Below, piece after piece: positions 1-12,849 of a stretch of DNA of 64,000 nucleotides (its first letter is position 1; every line of letters starts with the position of its first letter). Source of the stretch: Octopus sinensis (taxonomy: Eukaryota). The DNA lies in contig NC_042998.1 of the NCBI RefSeq assembly GCF_006345805.1, forward strand, positions 156,984,001 to 157,048,000, in the 5' to 3' direction. Position numbers and translations under genes: made by a program. The notes beneath the pieces were generated by a model. That model made no database searches. It was not told the DNA's origin and saw only the letters and a program-made list of their open reading frames with translations.

Positions 1-1468
1 TCGTGGTAATTTGTCTATTTCGATGTTGGTGTTTTATTACATTGTTTCATTCATAATTTTTGAGTGGTGTTCGTTTTGCCACGTGAATATTATTTTAATT
101 CCATTTATTCCATTTCTCCATTAATTATTTTAAAAGATGTTCGTTTCCAGAGCGGTTATACTTTTTATATATATGTTAGTTCCTGGTAAAGTAATTTTGT
201 TTGGTGTATATGTTGAGGCTTATATGTACTTGTGGGTGTGTGTGAGTGGGTGGGTGTTTGTATTGTTATGGGTGTGTGGTTTACGGTGTGTATTTGTGTG
301 TGAATGTGTAGGTTAAGGGTTGCTATATAAGTATGTTATAGTGTTTAGTAAGGGAGGTTTTATCATTTATGTTTTTGTGAGTTTTAGCTTATCATGGTAG
401 TTTTATAAAAGAATCCATTCATAATTTTTGTGTATATTTTGTCTGTGTGTGGGGTGAGTGGGTTTTGGAGTATATGTTGAGGTTATATGTATGTATAGGT
501 GTGTGTAAGTGGTATGTGGGTATTTGTATATGTCGTGGGTGTGTGGTTTACGTGGGTGTATTTGTGTGTGAATGTTTAGGTTAGGGGGATTGCTATATAG
601 GTATGTTATAGAGTTTAGTAAAGGGAGATTTTATCATTATATGTTTTTATGAGTATTGGTTTATCATGGTAGGTTGTTAAGGAATCGTAGTAATTGTGTC
701 TATTTGCGATGTCTGTTGTTTTATTGCATTATTTCATTCATAATTTTAAGTAGTGTTCGTTTTACCAAGTGAATATAATTTTTAATTCCATTTATTCCAT
801 TTCTCCGTTCATAATTTTAAGTGATGTCCGTTTTCTAGAGCATGAATGTGGTTTGTATGTGTGTGTGTGGGGAGTATGAATAAGTATTGTGTGGAAGTAT
901 TTAGCTATTTTATTTATTTATAGTTGCCTAGACGTTTTATGTGTATGTTTAGGGATATATATATAGGTGTGTGATTTAGTGTATGTAGTTAGATATGGTT
1001 ATATATAATTAGTTATATGTGTATGGGTGTATATATAGTTTATTATTATATTATTATTATTTTTTTGTTTTGTTTTATATTTTATATTTATTGTTGATAG
1101 GTTTATTTTAGTTTATATATGTTTATATATTGATTATATATGGATTATATATAGGTTATATACGGATTATATATTTATATTTTTCATTAATACTTTAAAT
1201 ATTTTAAAATTATCATTTTTATATTTAAAATATTGATATATTTAGATTGGAAGTCCACCTGAAGATTGTCGATCAAGACAAGACAAATTGTAGTGGCGGG
1301 TTTTTGACTATTTATTAAAATTTTATGTATTGATTAAGTCTTTCTTGTTTGTTTTGCAAAATAGTGGTTTTGTCTCTAATAATATTTTATAATATTTTAC
1401 TATAAAATTGGATTTAATCCTAAATCTGATTTTTTCCCTGTAAATTTGGATTTATTCCCTAATATTTA
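1..1468 (+). repeat. Degenerate repeat with nested tandem duplications, ending in a PLE-like pseudo-LTR
   Basis: 1-150 recurs at ~685-840 and ~200-420 recurs at ~465-685. An HHR-like motif lies at 1255-1296, and the region abuts a (TA)n tract. Confidence 0.5.
1255..1296 (+). ncRNA. Degenerate minimal type I hammerhead ribozyme
   Basis: CCAC-CTGAAGA-TTGTC(gatcaa)GACAA-GACAAATTG-TA-GTGG. Stems I and II pair perfectly, but the GAAA core is corrupted. Confidence 0.55.
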
Positions 1469-1589
1469 TTATTTATATACATATATATATATATACATAT
1501 ATATATAATACATTATCATACATATATATATATACATATATATACATATATATATATATACATAGACATACATATATATATATACATAT

Positions 1590-1629
<40 letters not shown>

Positions 1630-2070
1630 TATAACATACATATATACATACATATATAGATATATACATATATACATACATATATTATATATATATATAT
1701 ATACAATATATACATACAATATATATATATATATATATATACATATATACATACATATATATATATATATATATACATATATATAACATATATATATATA
1801 TATATATATATACATACATATATATATATACATATATATATATACATATACATATATATATACATATATATATATACATCTATACATACATAATATATAT
1901 ATATACATATATACATACATTTATAATATACATAATATTTACATATATATATACATATATACATATACATACATATATACATATATATATACATACATAT
2001 ATACATATATATATATACATACATATATACATATATATATATACATACATATATACATATATATACATAC

Positions 2071-2101
<31 letters not shown>

Positions 2102-2369
2102 CATACATATATATACATATTCACATATGTATATGTATGTATATGTATATATATGTATATATATATATACACGTATGTATATGTATATATGTATAAGGTG
2201 CCCCAGCATGGCTACAGCTCATTAGCTGAAACTGGAAAAATCAAAATCAAAAATCAAGTATATGCATGTATATATGTGTATGTATATATGTATGTATATA
2301 TATATGTATGCATATGTATATATACATATGTATATATATATATATATATATGAATATACATATATATAC

Positions 2370-2412
<43 letters not shown>

Positions 2413-2569
2413 CATACATACATATACATATATATATATACATATACATATATACATATACATATATACATATATACATATACATATATACATATATAGA
2501 TACATACATATATATATATACATACATATATATATATATATACATACATATATACATATATATATATAT
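1469..2569. repeat. Compound (TA)n/(TACA)n microsatellite
   Basis: Direct reading. Source of the spurious YI/MY-rich ORFs. Confidence 0.97.
2197..2258 (+). mobile_element. Extremely 5'-truncated CR1-like LINE or SINE 3' terminus inserted in (TA)n
   Basis: GGTGCCCCAGCATGGCTA-CAGCT(CATT)AGCTG-AAAC followed by an (AAAATC)-type tail. Homologous to the ends at ~6345-6381 and ~28452-28487. Confidence 0.75.
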
Positions 2570-5500
2570 GTCAAGATGTCAAGGAACTGGTCTGGGAGTT
2601 GCAATTGTTCGTCCACGCCTGGAAGATTGCTGAAGGGGACTCCCCAAACAATATCATTGCAGCGGTGCTTAAGAGCAATGAGTTCTCCAGGACCATCGCC
2701 CAGATAGAAAGAGAAACATGAATTCCTCCGTTCATATGCTCTAATCAGGCAACACATGAACACACTGGACACCGCACTAGGAAAGACCAAAAGGATGGAG
2801 AAAGCATCCAGGACCCAACAAAAGACGCAATCAAGGGAAACAATGGCACATGTCCAGCTCCCAACACAACTGAAGACCTATGAGGTGCGATGGCCACAAA
2901 AAAAGGAAAGCACCCTAAAATTGACGGAAAACAAGAGGTAAAAGACAAGAAAACTAAAACAAACACTGATCAGAAAAAATAGAAGAACCCCAGCAAAAGC
3001 TACAAGGGCAAAAGCAGAAACATCTGCAAATTCTACTGTCGTTTTGCACATCAGAAGCCCTGCCAAAACCGCGTGGACACAAGACAAAAACCCCTCCTTT
3101 GGGGAGAACAAAAAGAAAAAGTAAAATATAAAAGAAGGAAAAATTGTGCACTGACTACTCCTGAAAGACGATATACGGATGTAGTGCGCGGTCCAAAAAA
3201 GATACTGCATAGCCCAACAAATGGCCAGCTTCACCCAGATGTGAGAAGGGCAGCAGCTTAACAGCAATCTTTTTTGTGCATGGCACACAAAATTGTCCAG
3301 CAGCTCACCTGGCTACAAACACAAAGCTGGAACTACCACCACAGAAGGCCACCACCAACAGATGCAGGATGGCCACCACAGACACCAACACACACAACAA
3401 AAATATTTCTACTGAACATAGGAGGGCTGCTGCGCGGCAAGTGTAAAAGGAAAATATCATTCCTGAGAGACTTTGTGGCATGAAATCAAGCTATATGCAT
3501 GGCACTCATAGAAACGCATCTTGGACCCGATATAGGGGATGCAGAAATACACATACCGCAATATGCTGTCATATGCTCAGATAGAAAAGGGAGGAGCCAT
3601 GGTGGAGTTGCAATGTACATCTGAGATGACCTCGCACCCCAGGTCCTGTTGTCATATTCAAACTCAGTGTGTGACACTCAAATTGTACACATAAGACAAC
3701 TGAATATCGTCATATGTACTTCATATCGCCCACCGGATGCCCCAAATCACACAGGATGTTTGAAGACTGCCTAACAAAAATAGAAGTTCTCACCAACCTG
3801 GAACAACACAATAGTGTATTCTTCATGGGTAACTTTAACTTCCCAAATGTGGAATTGCCTGGGGGAGCAGATGCTCCCAAGGATGACACACCATCAGCAG
3901 GCACAGGCAGAGTCTCTGCTCCATCTCACAAATGCCTCTTTCATAGAGCAAATAGTGCTGCAAACAACAAGGGCAAATAATATACTGGATCTCTGCTTCA
4001 CAAACAATATGGATATTATCCATAATGTTAAAGTGATGCCGACAATGATCTCGGATCACAACATAATAGAGCTGTCTATGTATGGACGAAAAGCCCCCGC
4101 AGACACACAGCCTATATGAAGCATCCACAATCTCTCCAAATTAAACTTTCATAAAGCAAGTTGGAAGTTGATTGAGAAAGAGATCCTCAAACAGGATTGG
4201 CCTAAATGTCTCTCCACACCAGACATTGACATGAAACACAAACGCTTCATGTCCATAATACAAGCCATATGTGACAAATACAAAAACAGGATCCCTAGAG
4301 AAAGGAAGATTCTTATGAGACGATGGACAAGGATTGCGATTCACCTGAGCAAGCACACCAAAAGTGGTGAGAAGTCTCGGCTCAAGAGAATGCTAATGGA
4401 AATTAAGAAAAGTCTGCATCAGTCTCATGAAAAAAAGAGAGCAGATAAAGAAGCTTGGGTAATAGAAAATATAATGTCAAACCCTAAAGCTTTCTTTAAG
4501 TTTGCCAAAGAGACAGCCACAGTGCGCCAGAGAATAGGACCTCTCTTCCAAAAAGATGGCTCCCTCACAGGAAATACCACGAGGAAAAGTGAAATACTGA
4601 ATGAACAGTTCCAAAGTGTGTTCACTACACCACTAGGACACAAGCAAGTAAACAACCCAGAAGAATTCTTTGCCACTTTACCTGTGGCCAAAGAGGCAAA
4701 AATTGAGTACATCAACATTGAAGATGATGATATCACACTGGCCATAGATGAGATTGACACAAAACTCAGCTGCTGGACCTGATGGAATTCCAGTGATCCT
4801 TCTCAAATCGTGCAAACGAGCCCTTGCAAAACCGCTACAGCTTCTTTTTCAGAGCTTTTTTGCAAGTGGTAATCTCCAGTCAAATTGAAAGAAGGGGTAA
4901 TATGACCTATCCATAAGGGAGGAAGCAGAGCAGATGCTAAAAATTATAGGCCTATCTCTCTGACCTCTCACATCAGCAAAATCATGGAACGAATAGTCCG
5001 CAAGAAACTAATCATGTTCCTTGAAGAAAATGACTTGCTGACTGACACCCAGCATGGATTTCAACCAGGTAGAAGCTGCCTAACATAGCTCCTGCAACAC
5101 TATGACTGGGTGTTAAAACAGCTACTAAATAGCTCAAATGTGGATGTGATATATCTTGACTTTGCAAAAGCCTTTGATAAAGTCGACCATGGTATGATTT
5201 GTCATAAACTATGTGGTCTCGGCATAGGCGGAAAACTTGGAGAGTAGCTGCACAACTTCCTAAAAGATAGAAGACAGGCAGTTGTGACCAATGGAGCCAC
5301 CTCCAAGGAAACACAAATAACAAGCAGTGTCCCACAGGGTACTGTCTTGGGGCCACTGCTCTTCATAGTGGCCCTTTCAGACATGCCCTCAGTTGCTAAG
5401 ATGGCCACCTTTGCTAGCTATGCAGATGACACAAAAGTCTCCCACACAATACAAAACCCTGGAAATATTGCACATCTGCAACAGGAATTGGACACAATAT

Positions 5501-6408
5501 ACAGGTGGGCTGAGGACAACAACATGCAGTTTAATGTAGGTAAGTTCCAGGCCCTGTACTACTGGCACACAAAGGTAATCGACATGCAGACTGGATACAC
5601 TGGCCCAAAAAGAATTGCATTCCCTGAGTCAAAATCAGTGCATGACCTGGGCATTGACATGAGCAATGATGCATCTTTCCAAGTGCATATTACTAATTTG
5701 GTGATAAAATGCAGACGGCTAGCTGGATAGATTCTCCAAACTTTCAGAACAAGAGAGGAGACACTGATGGTCCTGTGGAAAACTTTCATCCTCAGCCGCT
5801 TGGACTACTGCTCCCAACAATGGTCACCACACAATATAAAGCTAACAGTAGAACTCAAAGCAATTCAAAGAAGCTACACTAAGAAGATCGTTTCAATGCA
5901 ACATATCAGCTACTGGGAAAGACTGAAAGTATTAAAACTCTTCTCTTTAGAGCGAAGGTGGGAGAGATATGCGGTGATATACATCTGGAAAATCCTGGAG
6001 CGTCTTGTCCCAAACTTTGGCATTCAAAGTTATCCCAACCGCAGAACAGGGCACCACTGCATGGTGCCAAAGATTCCAACATCACCATCAAAATACAGGA
6101 CCAGATACTGCAACAGCTTGGGTTTCAGAGGACCACAGCTCTTCAACATCCTCCCTAAATGCCTGAGAGACTTGCATGGTGTGGATTTCTTTACTACTAA
6201 ACTGGATCTCTTCTTGTCGGGGGTTCCAGATGAACATACCTCACAGCAGGAGACACAGATGCGGGCAGCAGCATCGAACTCCCTTGTTGACCAAGTGCCA
6301 CGTATCAGAGGTGGATTCATATATTAGTGTAGCTCATTCAATGGTGGTGCCCCAGCATGGCCACAGCCTTCGGGCTGAAACATTTTTAAGGACTTAAGGA
6401 TTTAAGGA
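2570..6408 (+). mobile_element. CR1-like non-LTR retrotransposon (APE endonuclease + RT), near full length, disrupted
   Basis: APE motifs (LLNIGGL, ETH, MGNFN, ILDLCFTN, SDHN). RT motifs (YRPISLTS, YLDFAKAFDKVDH, VPQGTVLGPLLF, YADD). Multiple stops and frameshifts. 3' hairpin plus (TTAAGGA)n tail. Confidence 0.92.
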
Positions 6409-6439
6409 TATACATATACAGACATATGTATATATATAT

Positions 6440-6660
6440 ATATATACATACATATAAATATTTTATATTTATTTATAACTTAACATTATGTACTTTATTA
6501 TCATTGACGAAGCCTTGAGATATACCCAAGTACCTCATTTTCATCTACCTATAACTTCATTCCGCTTTACATAATATAATGTCTAAAAGTTGATGAACTA
6601 CCTATCAATCCCCTCCATTTCCTTATTGCTATATAAATATATATATAAATATTTATACAT
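6440..6660 (+). mobile_element. Remnant of PLE pseudo-LTR family (as at 12415-12820) with mutated, truncated HHR
   Basis: TTGACGAAGCCTTGAGATATACCCAAGTACCTCAT... aligns by eye to 12488-12550. The 3' half of the ribozyme is deleted. Confidence 0.6.
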
Positions 6661-6675
6661 ATATAAATTTTATTT

Positions 6676-9600
6676 TTTATTTATTTATTTATTTATTTAT
6701 TTATTTTCAGCTCACAAGCTGTGGCCATGCTGTGGCACTGCCATTTGGTGTTGCTACATGATTTTACTTCACGAATGCTTTTTAGCAATTGCCATCTGGT
6801 GCATGAGAGTGTTCGATGCAGCTGCCCTCATCTGCACCTCCTGCCGTGAAGTTGGTTCATCCTGGACACCTGACAAGAAGAGATCCAGTTTCATTTTAAA
6901 GACATCTGCATCCACCCCATACAGGTCTCTTAGGTTCTTCGGGAGGATATTGAAGAGCTGTGGGCCTCGGAAGCCCAGGTTATCACAGTATCTTGTCCTA
7001 CATCTTGATGGCAAATTTGGAGTCCTTGGCACTATGCAGTGGTGCCCAGTTCTGGCATTTGTGTAACTCTCGATGCGAAAGTTTGGGACAAGTCCTTCTA
7101 GGATCTTCCAGATGTATATTATGGCATATCTTTCTTGCCTACGCTCTAAGGAATAGAGTCTCAATCTCTTGAGTCTTCCCCAATAGCTTATATGCTGCAC
7201 AGAGGCTATCTTCTTCATGTAGCTTCGTTGGATCGCCTCAAGTTCTGTGATTAACTTGACACTGGATGGTAACCATAGCTGAGAGCAAAAGTCAAAGTGG
7301 CTTAGGATAAGTGTCCTCCAGAGGACCATCATGGTTTCCTGGTCTCTTGTTCTAAACGTTCTAAGAATCCATTCGGTCAGCCGCCTACATTTCATTGCAA
7401 ATTTAGAAACATGCACATGAAAGGTTCCATCATCACTCATGTAAATACCCAGGTCTCGCACTGATTGGGCCTCTGGGATTGCAATCCCTCCAGGTCCAGT
7501 GTATTTATTGGGTATTGCATTTAGTTTTGCATGCTGATAGTATAAAGCTTGAAACTTTTCAGCATTGAACTGCCTGCTATTCTTTTCAGCCCACTTGTAT
7601 ATTTTGTCCAGCTCACATTGCAGGTGCTTAGTGTCTTCAGGGTTCTGTATTGCCTGTGAAACTTTTCTATCATCTGCATAACTTTGGTTCATGGCTCTCT
7701 GCGTGGCTGAGGGCATGTCTGAGAGGGCCATTATGAACAGTAGTGGTCCCAGAACAGTGCCTTGCAGAACACCGCTCACTATTCTATCCTTCAGAAAGTC
7801 ATGAAGCCATTCTCCCAATTTTCCAACTATGCCAAGATCACGCAGTTTGTGACATATCATTCCATGATCAACTTTATCAAAGGCCTTTGCAAAGTCGAGA
7901 TATATCACTTCCACATTTGAGTGGTTGAGCAGTCGTTTCAGCATCCAGTCATAGTGTTGTAGGAGCTGAGTTAAGCAGCTTCTTCCTGGTCGGAAACCAT
8001 GTTGGGTGTCAGGCAGCAAGTCATTTTCTTCAAGGAAGGTGATTAGTTTCCTTCTGACTATTCGTTCCATGACCTTGCTGATGTGTGAGGTCAGAGAGAT
8101 AGGTCTGTAGTTCTTGGCCTCCGCTCTGCTACTTCCTTTATGAATAGGGCATATTTTACCTTCCTTTAGTTTTCTTGGAAGTTTGCCAGTTGCAAGGAAG
8201 CTCTGAAAGAGGAACTGCAGTGGTCTTGCTAGGACTCTCTTACATACTTTTAGAAGGATTGCTGGGAATCCATCGGGGCCAGTAGCTGAGTTTGTTTTCA
8301 TTTCATCTATAGCCTTTATTACATCACCTTCCTTTATATTGATGTAATCAATCATCGCTGCCTCTGATTTTATATCTGCAGTGGTAAAGAAGTCAGTTGG
8401 ATTGCTGACTTGAAAATGCCCATGGGGTGGAGTGAAAATACTCTTGAATTGCTCATTTAGTATTTCACTTAACCCATGCTAGCATGGAAAGCGGACGTTA
8501 AACGATGATGATGATGATTGGATTTCCTGTGAGTGTGCCATCCTTTTCAAGGAGTGGTCCTATCCTACAGTGCACCGTAGCTGTTTCTTTGGCATACCTG
8601 TAGAAAGCTCTGGGGTTAGATTTTATGTTGTCTATAGCACAGGCTTCTTTGTCTGCTCTTTCTTTTTCATGGGAGAGTTGCAGACATTTTTCAATTTCCA
8701 ACAGTTTTAGTTTCATCAGAATTTTCCTCTCTGGGGATTTTGCTCTGGGACACATTTGTAGCATATGGCTTGCATTGCAGACATGAATTGTTGAAGTTTC
8801 ATGTCGATGTCTGGCGAGGATAGACATTCAGGCCAGTTTTGTATGAGGATCTCTTTCTCAATTTGTTTCCAGTTTGCCTTATGGGAGTTCAAGCTGGAAA
8901 GATTCTGAGAGTTTCTTATAGGCTGCATGTCCATGCTTTCCTTTGGCCCGTACATGGTCAGCTCTACCATGTTGTGATCCGAGAGTAGTGTCGGCGTCAC
9001 TTTCACATTATGGATGAGATCCATATTATTTGTGAAGCAGAGATCCAGTATGTTACCTGCCCTGGTTGGTTGGAGTATTACTTGCTCCATGTACAGAGTG
9101 TTGATGAGGTTCAGGAGGGACCTCGCCTGTCCTTGTCCACATTGTGTCATTCCTGGGAGAGAAAGGCCTTCGAGCCATCTGACATTGGGTAGATTGAAGT
9201 CGCCCATAAGAAGTACACTTATGTGTTGTTCTAATATGACTAGAACTTCTATTTTTATAAGGCAGTCTTCAAACTTGCCTACATGGCTTGGGGCATCTGG
9301 AGGGTGATATGTAGCACATATAACGACACTAAGTTGCCTTATATGTACAATTAGTGTGTCACACACTGAATTTGAGTATGACAAAAGGACCTGGGGTGTG
9401 AGGTTCTCACTGATGTACATAGCAACCCCAACATGACTCCTTTCCTTTCTGTCAGTCCGTAGTACAACATACTGTGGTATGTGTATTTCCGCATCTGCAA
9501 TGTCCGGTTTCAGGTGTGTTTCCGTAAGTGCTATGCATAAGGCTTGATTGCATGCAACAAAGTCTCTCAAGAACGGGATTTTTGTCCTATTACTGAATGT

Positions 9601-10231
9601 TAGCAGTCCTCTGATGTTCAGTAGGAGCATCGAGGTGAGGTATATACTGTTGCCGGCAGTGTCCACCTTGGGTCTATTTGCTGTGACGGTCTTGTGTATT
9701 GTGGATAGTCCCATCTGCGAGTTTGAGTTTGATGGAGCCAGGTTAGCTGCTGTACAATCTTTTGTGCCATGCACAAAAATGATTCTTGTTCAGCAGCTGC
9801 CCTTTCAATAACATGTTGGCGGTTTGTAGCACGCACTACATCTGCGTACCTCCGTTTTGGGGCAGGTGGTGCGTGATCCATTCCTTTTCCTTTTGATAGT
9901 TGGTTTCTGACGTGCAAAACGGCAGCCTGCACCTGTCATGCCAGCAGACACCTTTCAGGTGGAATTTACACATTCGTGTGCGCTGTCTGTTTCTATCCTT
10001 TTTGGTATATGGATAGTCAGGTTTGCTTCTATCCTTGGCTGTTTCATCTTTTGGTTTTGTTTGAGTTTTAGTTTTTCCTTCTTTGGCCGTTTCATCTTTT
10101 GTTTTTCTATTAGCTTTTCCTTTTATTTCTTTTTTGGTTCTTTCATCTCCATGGTTTTGGCTTTGGCTTTTGGTGCTGGTAGGAGCACTTGCACTTGGGT
10201 TTACTTCCCGGGTAGATTTCTCACCTGAATC

Positions 10232-10235
<4 letters not shown>
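6676..10235 (-). mobile_element. Second CR1-like LINE (related subfamily), tail-to-tail with the first
   Basis: APE ORF 9774-8716 (LLNIRGL, LTETHL, LMGDFN, SDHN). RT ORF 8355-6769 (YLDFAKAFDKVDH, QGTVLGPLLF, YADD). 3' hairpin plus (AAAT)n tail. Confidence 0.93.
8471..8518 (+). mobile_element. RTE 3' tail fragment inserted into the CR1-like LINE
   Basis: AACCCATGCTAGCATGGAAAGCGGACGTTAAACGATGATGATG matches the RTE end at ~22598-22646 and interrupts the LINE ORF2. Confidence 0.8.
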
Positions 10236-10278
<43 letters not shown>

Positions 10279-10580
10279 TTCATACATATATAACTCCAAG
10301 AAAGTTAGGGGTTGTGAATCCAACCCACTAAGGGATAATATCTATCCAATATCCTGCTGGTAGAATACCCAATTATTAGTACACAAGTGTTTTTTATTGC
10401 ATTGCAATTACATTACCTAGGGCACTAACTGGGTGAAGGTAAAGAGATATTTTACCATTAATTTATATAGCAAATAAGAAAACAGAGGAGAGCAATAGGT
10501 GGTTCATATAAGATATAAAATATAGTAATATATAAGGATACCAGTAATTTTTATAAAAAACATGAATATAAATTGGTAAA

Positions 10581-10707
10581 ACAGCTTACAGCTGTTTCAG
10601 CCAATAGATAAAAATACTCATTCTACCTATATTACTCAAGTGGATTGAAGTAATAGGTAGGTGAACATGAGGTACTTGTATATATCTCTAGGCTTCGTCA
10701 GAGATTA
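10581..10707 (-). ncRNA. Hammerhead ribozyme with extended stem II
   Basis: Minus strand: CT-CTGACGA-AGCC...(~90 nt hairpin)...GGCT-GAAA-C(AGCT)G-TA-AG. Core intact, stem I short. Confidence 0.72.
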
Positions 10708-11452
10708 TAAAGTACAAATGTTAAGTTATAATAATAAATATAAATATAAAATAATCAAAATACACACACATTTGAATATATATATATATATACATATAGA
10801 TTTAGTTATACATAACTACTTATAAATACTGAAATATACATACACATCTACATCCATAAGCATATATAATATTCAGATATTACTAATATTATTATTATTA
10901 ATATTAGATGTATTCTGCTATTCACAATAGATAATATATAAAATATAGAATATAACATAATATATAAACAGATATTTATGAAAGTTATACGGATATTAAT
11001 TTTACAATCACTATATCATACAGTTATTACAGTTATGTCAATATTATTCTGCATACGCATGAGTAACACATATATGCATATGCACACATGCATATACGCA
11101 CAAATATATATATGCACATATAAATTTTTTTTTCCATTTAAGCATACTAATATGTACATACGTATTATATGTTTTTTAAATGTAAAATAATTCACAGACT
11201 AAGAGAAATGTGGTAAGCTTTCTTGTCCGTTGTTTATTAATATTGCAGTAGTTTAAATCTCACGGGGATTGGAGAGGGATTATTTTTCATCATTTACTTA
11301 ATCTAATTGGTTAACAATTTTTTTAATTTCTTTGTCTCAGTTATGGTTGGTTGATTGAAAACCGATGAAATAAAACAAATAGTAAATAGAACAAAAACAG
11401 TTGAAAATGTGAATTCATGTTTTTATATATACATGTATATATACATCTACAC

Positions 11453-11505
<53 letters not shown>

Positions 11506-12130
11506 TACATGGACAAACATACATACACACAGACATATTAATTAATTGTTAAAGTGATATATTAAGGGGATATTATTTTAATATATTTTAAAATAATACA
11601 TATTAGAAGTAAGTTATTATAAGTTATTTAGAAGAGAGAAAAAGAAAAAGTAAATATAAAAAAACCCAATAATAATAATAACAATAACAGAAATAAAATA
11701 ATATCCTATGTATAACTATGTGAGTTATTAATTTATTTAGTAACTTAAATGGGTAGTATAAGGTTGAAGTACATGTTGGAAAGCGGTTGGATCAAACTCC
11801 AACCAGAGACAAAATATCACAGACACCGTATATAAATCGTTAAACTTACTTCCAAAATTAGTTTTTAAATATTCCCAATTCAATTCTATTATTAGCTATA
11901 CCTACATATGTTAAATTTTATTCATTACCATTAGAAATATTTACAAAATCTATTATATCTGACAAATTGGCTCTAATTATGTTTAAATTATATACTATCT
12001 ATTGTAAATAGCAGAATACATATAATAATAATAATATTAGTAATAACTGAATATCATATATGCTTATGGATGTAGATGAGTATATATATTTCAGTATATA
12101 TAAGTAGTTATGTATAACTATATATGTATG

Positions 12131-12160
<30 letters not shown>

Positions 12161-12161
<1 letters not shown>

Positions 12162-12400
12162 CATCATCATCATTTAGTGTCCGCTTTCCATGCTAGCATG
12201 GGTTGGACGGTTCAACTGGGGTCTGTGAAGCCAGAAGGCTGCATCAGGCCCAGTCTGATCTGGCAGTGTTTCTACGGCTGGATGCCCTTCCTAACGCCAA
12301 CCACTCCGTGAGTGTAGTGGGTGCTTTTTACGTGCCACCCGCACAGGTGCCAGACAGAGCTGGCAAACGGCCACGGACGGATGGTGCTTTTTACATGCCA
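12161..12400 (-). mobile_element. RTE 3' end or derived SINE inserted in the pseudo-LTR
   Basis: Reverse complement of the RTE 3' UTR (22400-22646) with a (GAT)n tail. Confidence 0.85.
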
Positions 12401-12480
12401 TATATATATATATTCAAATGTGTGTGTATTTTGTTTATTTTATATTTATATTTATTATTATAACTTAACATTTGTACTTT

Positions 12481-12609
12481 ATAATCTCTGACGAAGCCTA
12501 GAGATATATACAAGTACTTCATGTTCATCTACCTCTTACCTCAATCCACTTGAGTAATATAGGTAGAATGAGGTATTTTTATCTATTTGCTGAAACAGCT
12601 GTAAGTTGT
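12481..12609 (+). ncRNA. Hammerhead ribozyme with extended stem II (inverted partner of 10581-10707)
   Basis: CTGACGA at 12488-12494, AGC/GCT stem II base with long internal hairpin, GAAA at 12592-12595, CAGCTG stem III, GTA at 12601-12603. Confidence 0.7.
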
Positions 12610-12815
12610 TTTACCAACCTATATTCATGTTTTTTTATAATAATTACGGGTATCCTTATATATTACTATATTTTATATCTTCTATCTTATATGTAAAGAA
12701 TAATATGCTATAAGTATGTATGTTATTATAATTATCAGTTTAATAAATAAGTAAGTTAACATTTTAATGTCCAAAAGTTGATGAACCATCTATTGTTCTC
12801 CTCCATTTTCTTAAT

Positions 12816-12846
<31 letters not shown>

Positions 12847-12849
12847 CGA

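Larger units (their letters stand above)
10293..12820. mobile_element. Penelope-like element remnant: inverted pair of pseudo-LTRs
   Basis: ~10460-10870 is the reverse complement of ~12055-12130 plus 12400-12820. Both arms carry an HHR. The region is bounded by (TA)n. Confidence 0.72.

Noticed and set aside
1469-2633. Many ORFs rich in Y/I/M/C/V/H (also at ~16200, 22700, 28000, 43600-45300)
   Set aside because: Translations of (TA)n/(TACA)n microsatellites, which lack stop codons in most frames.
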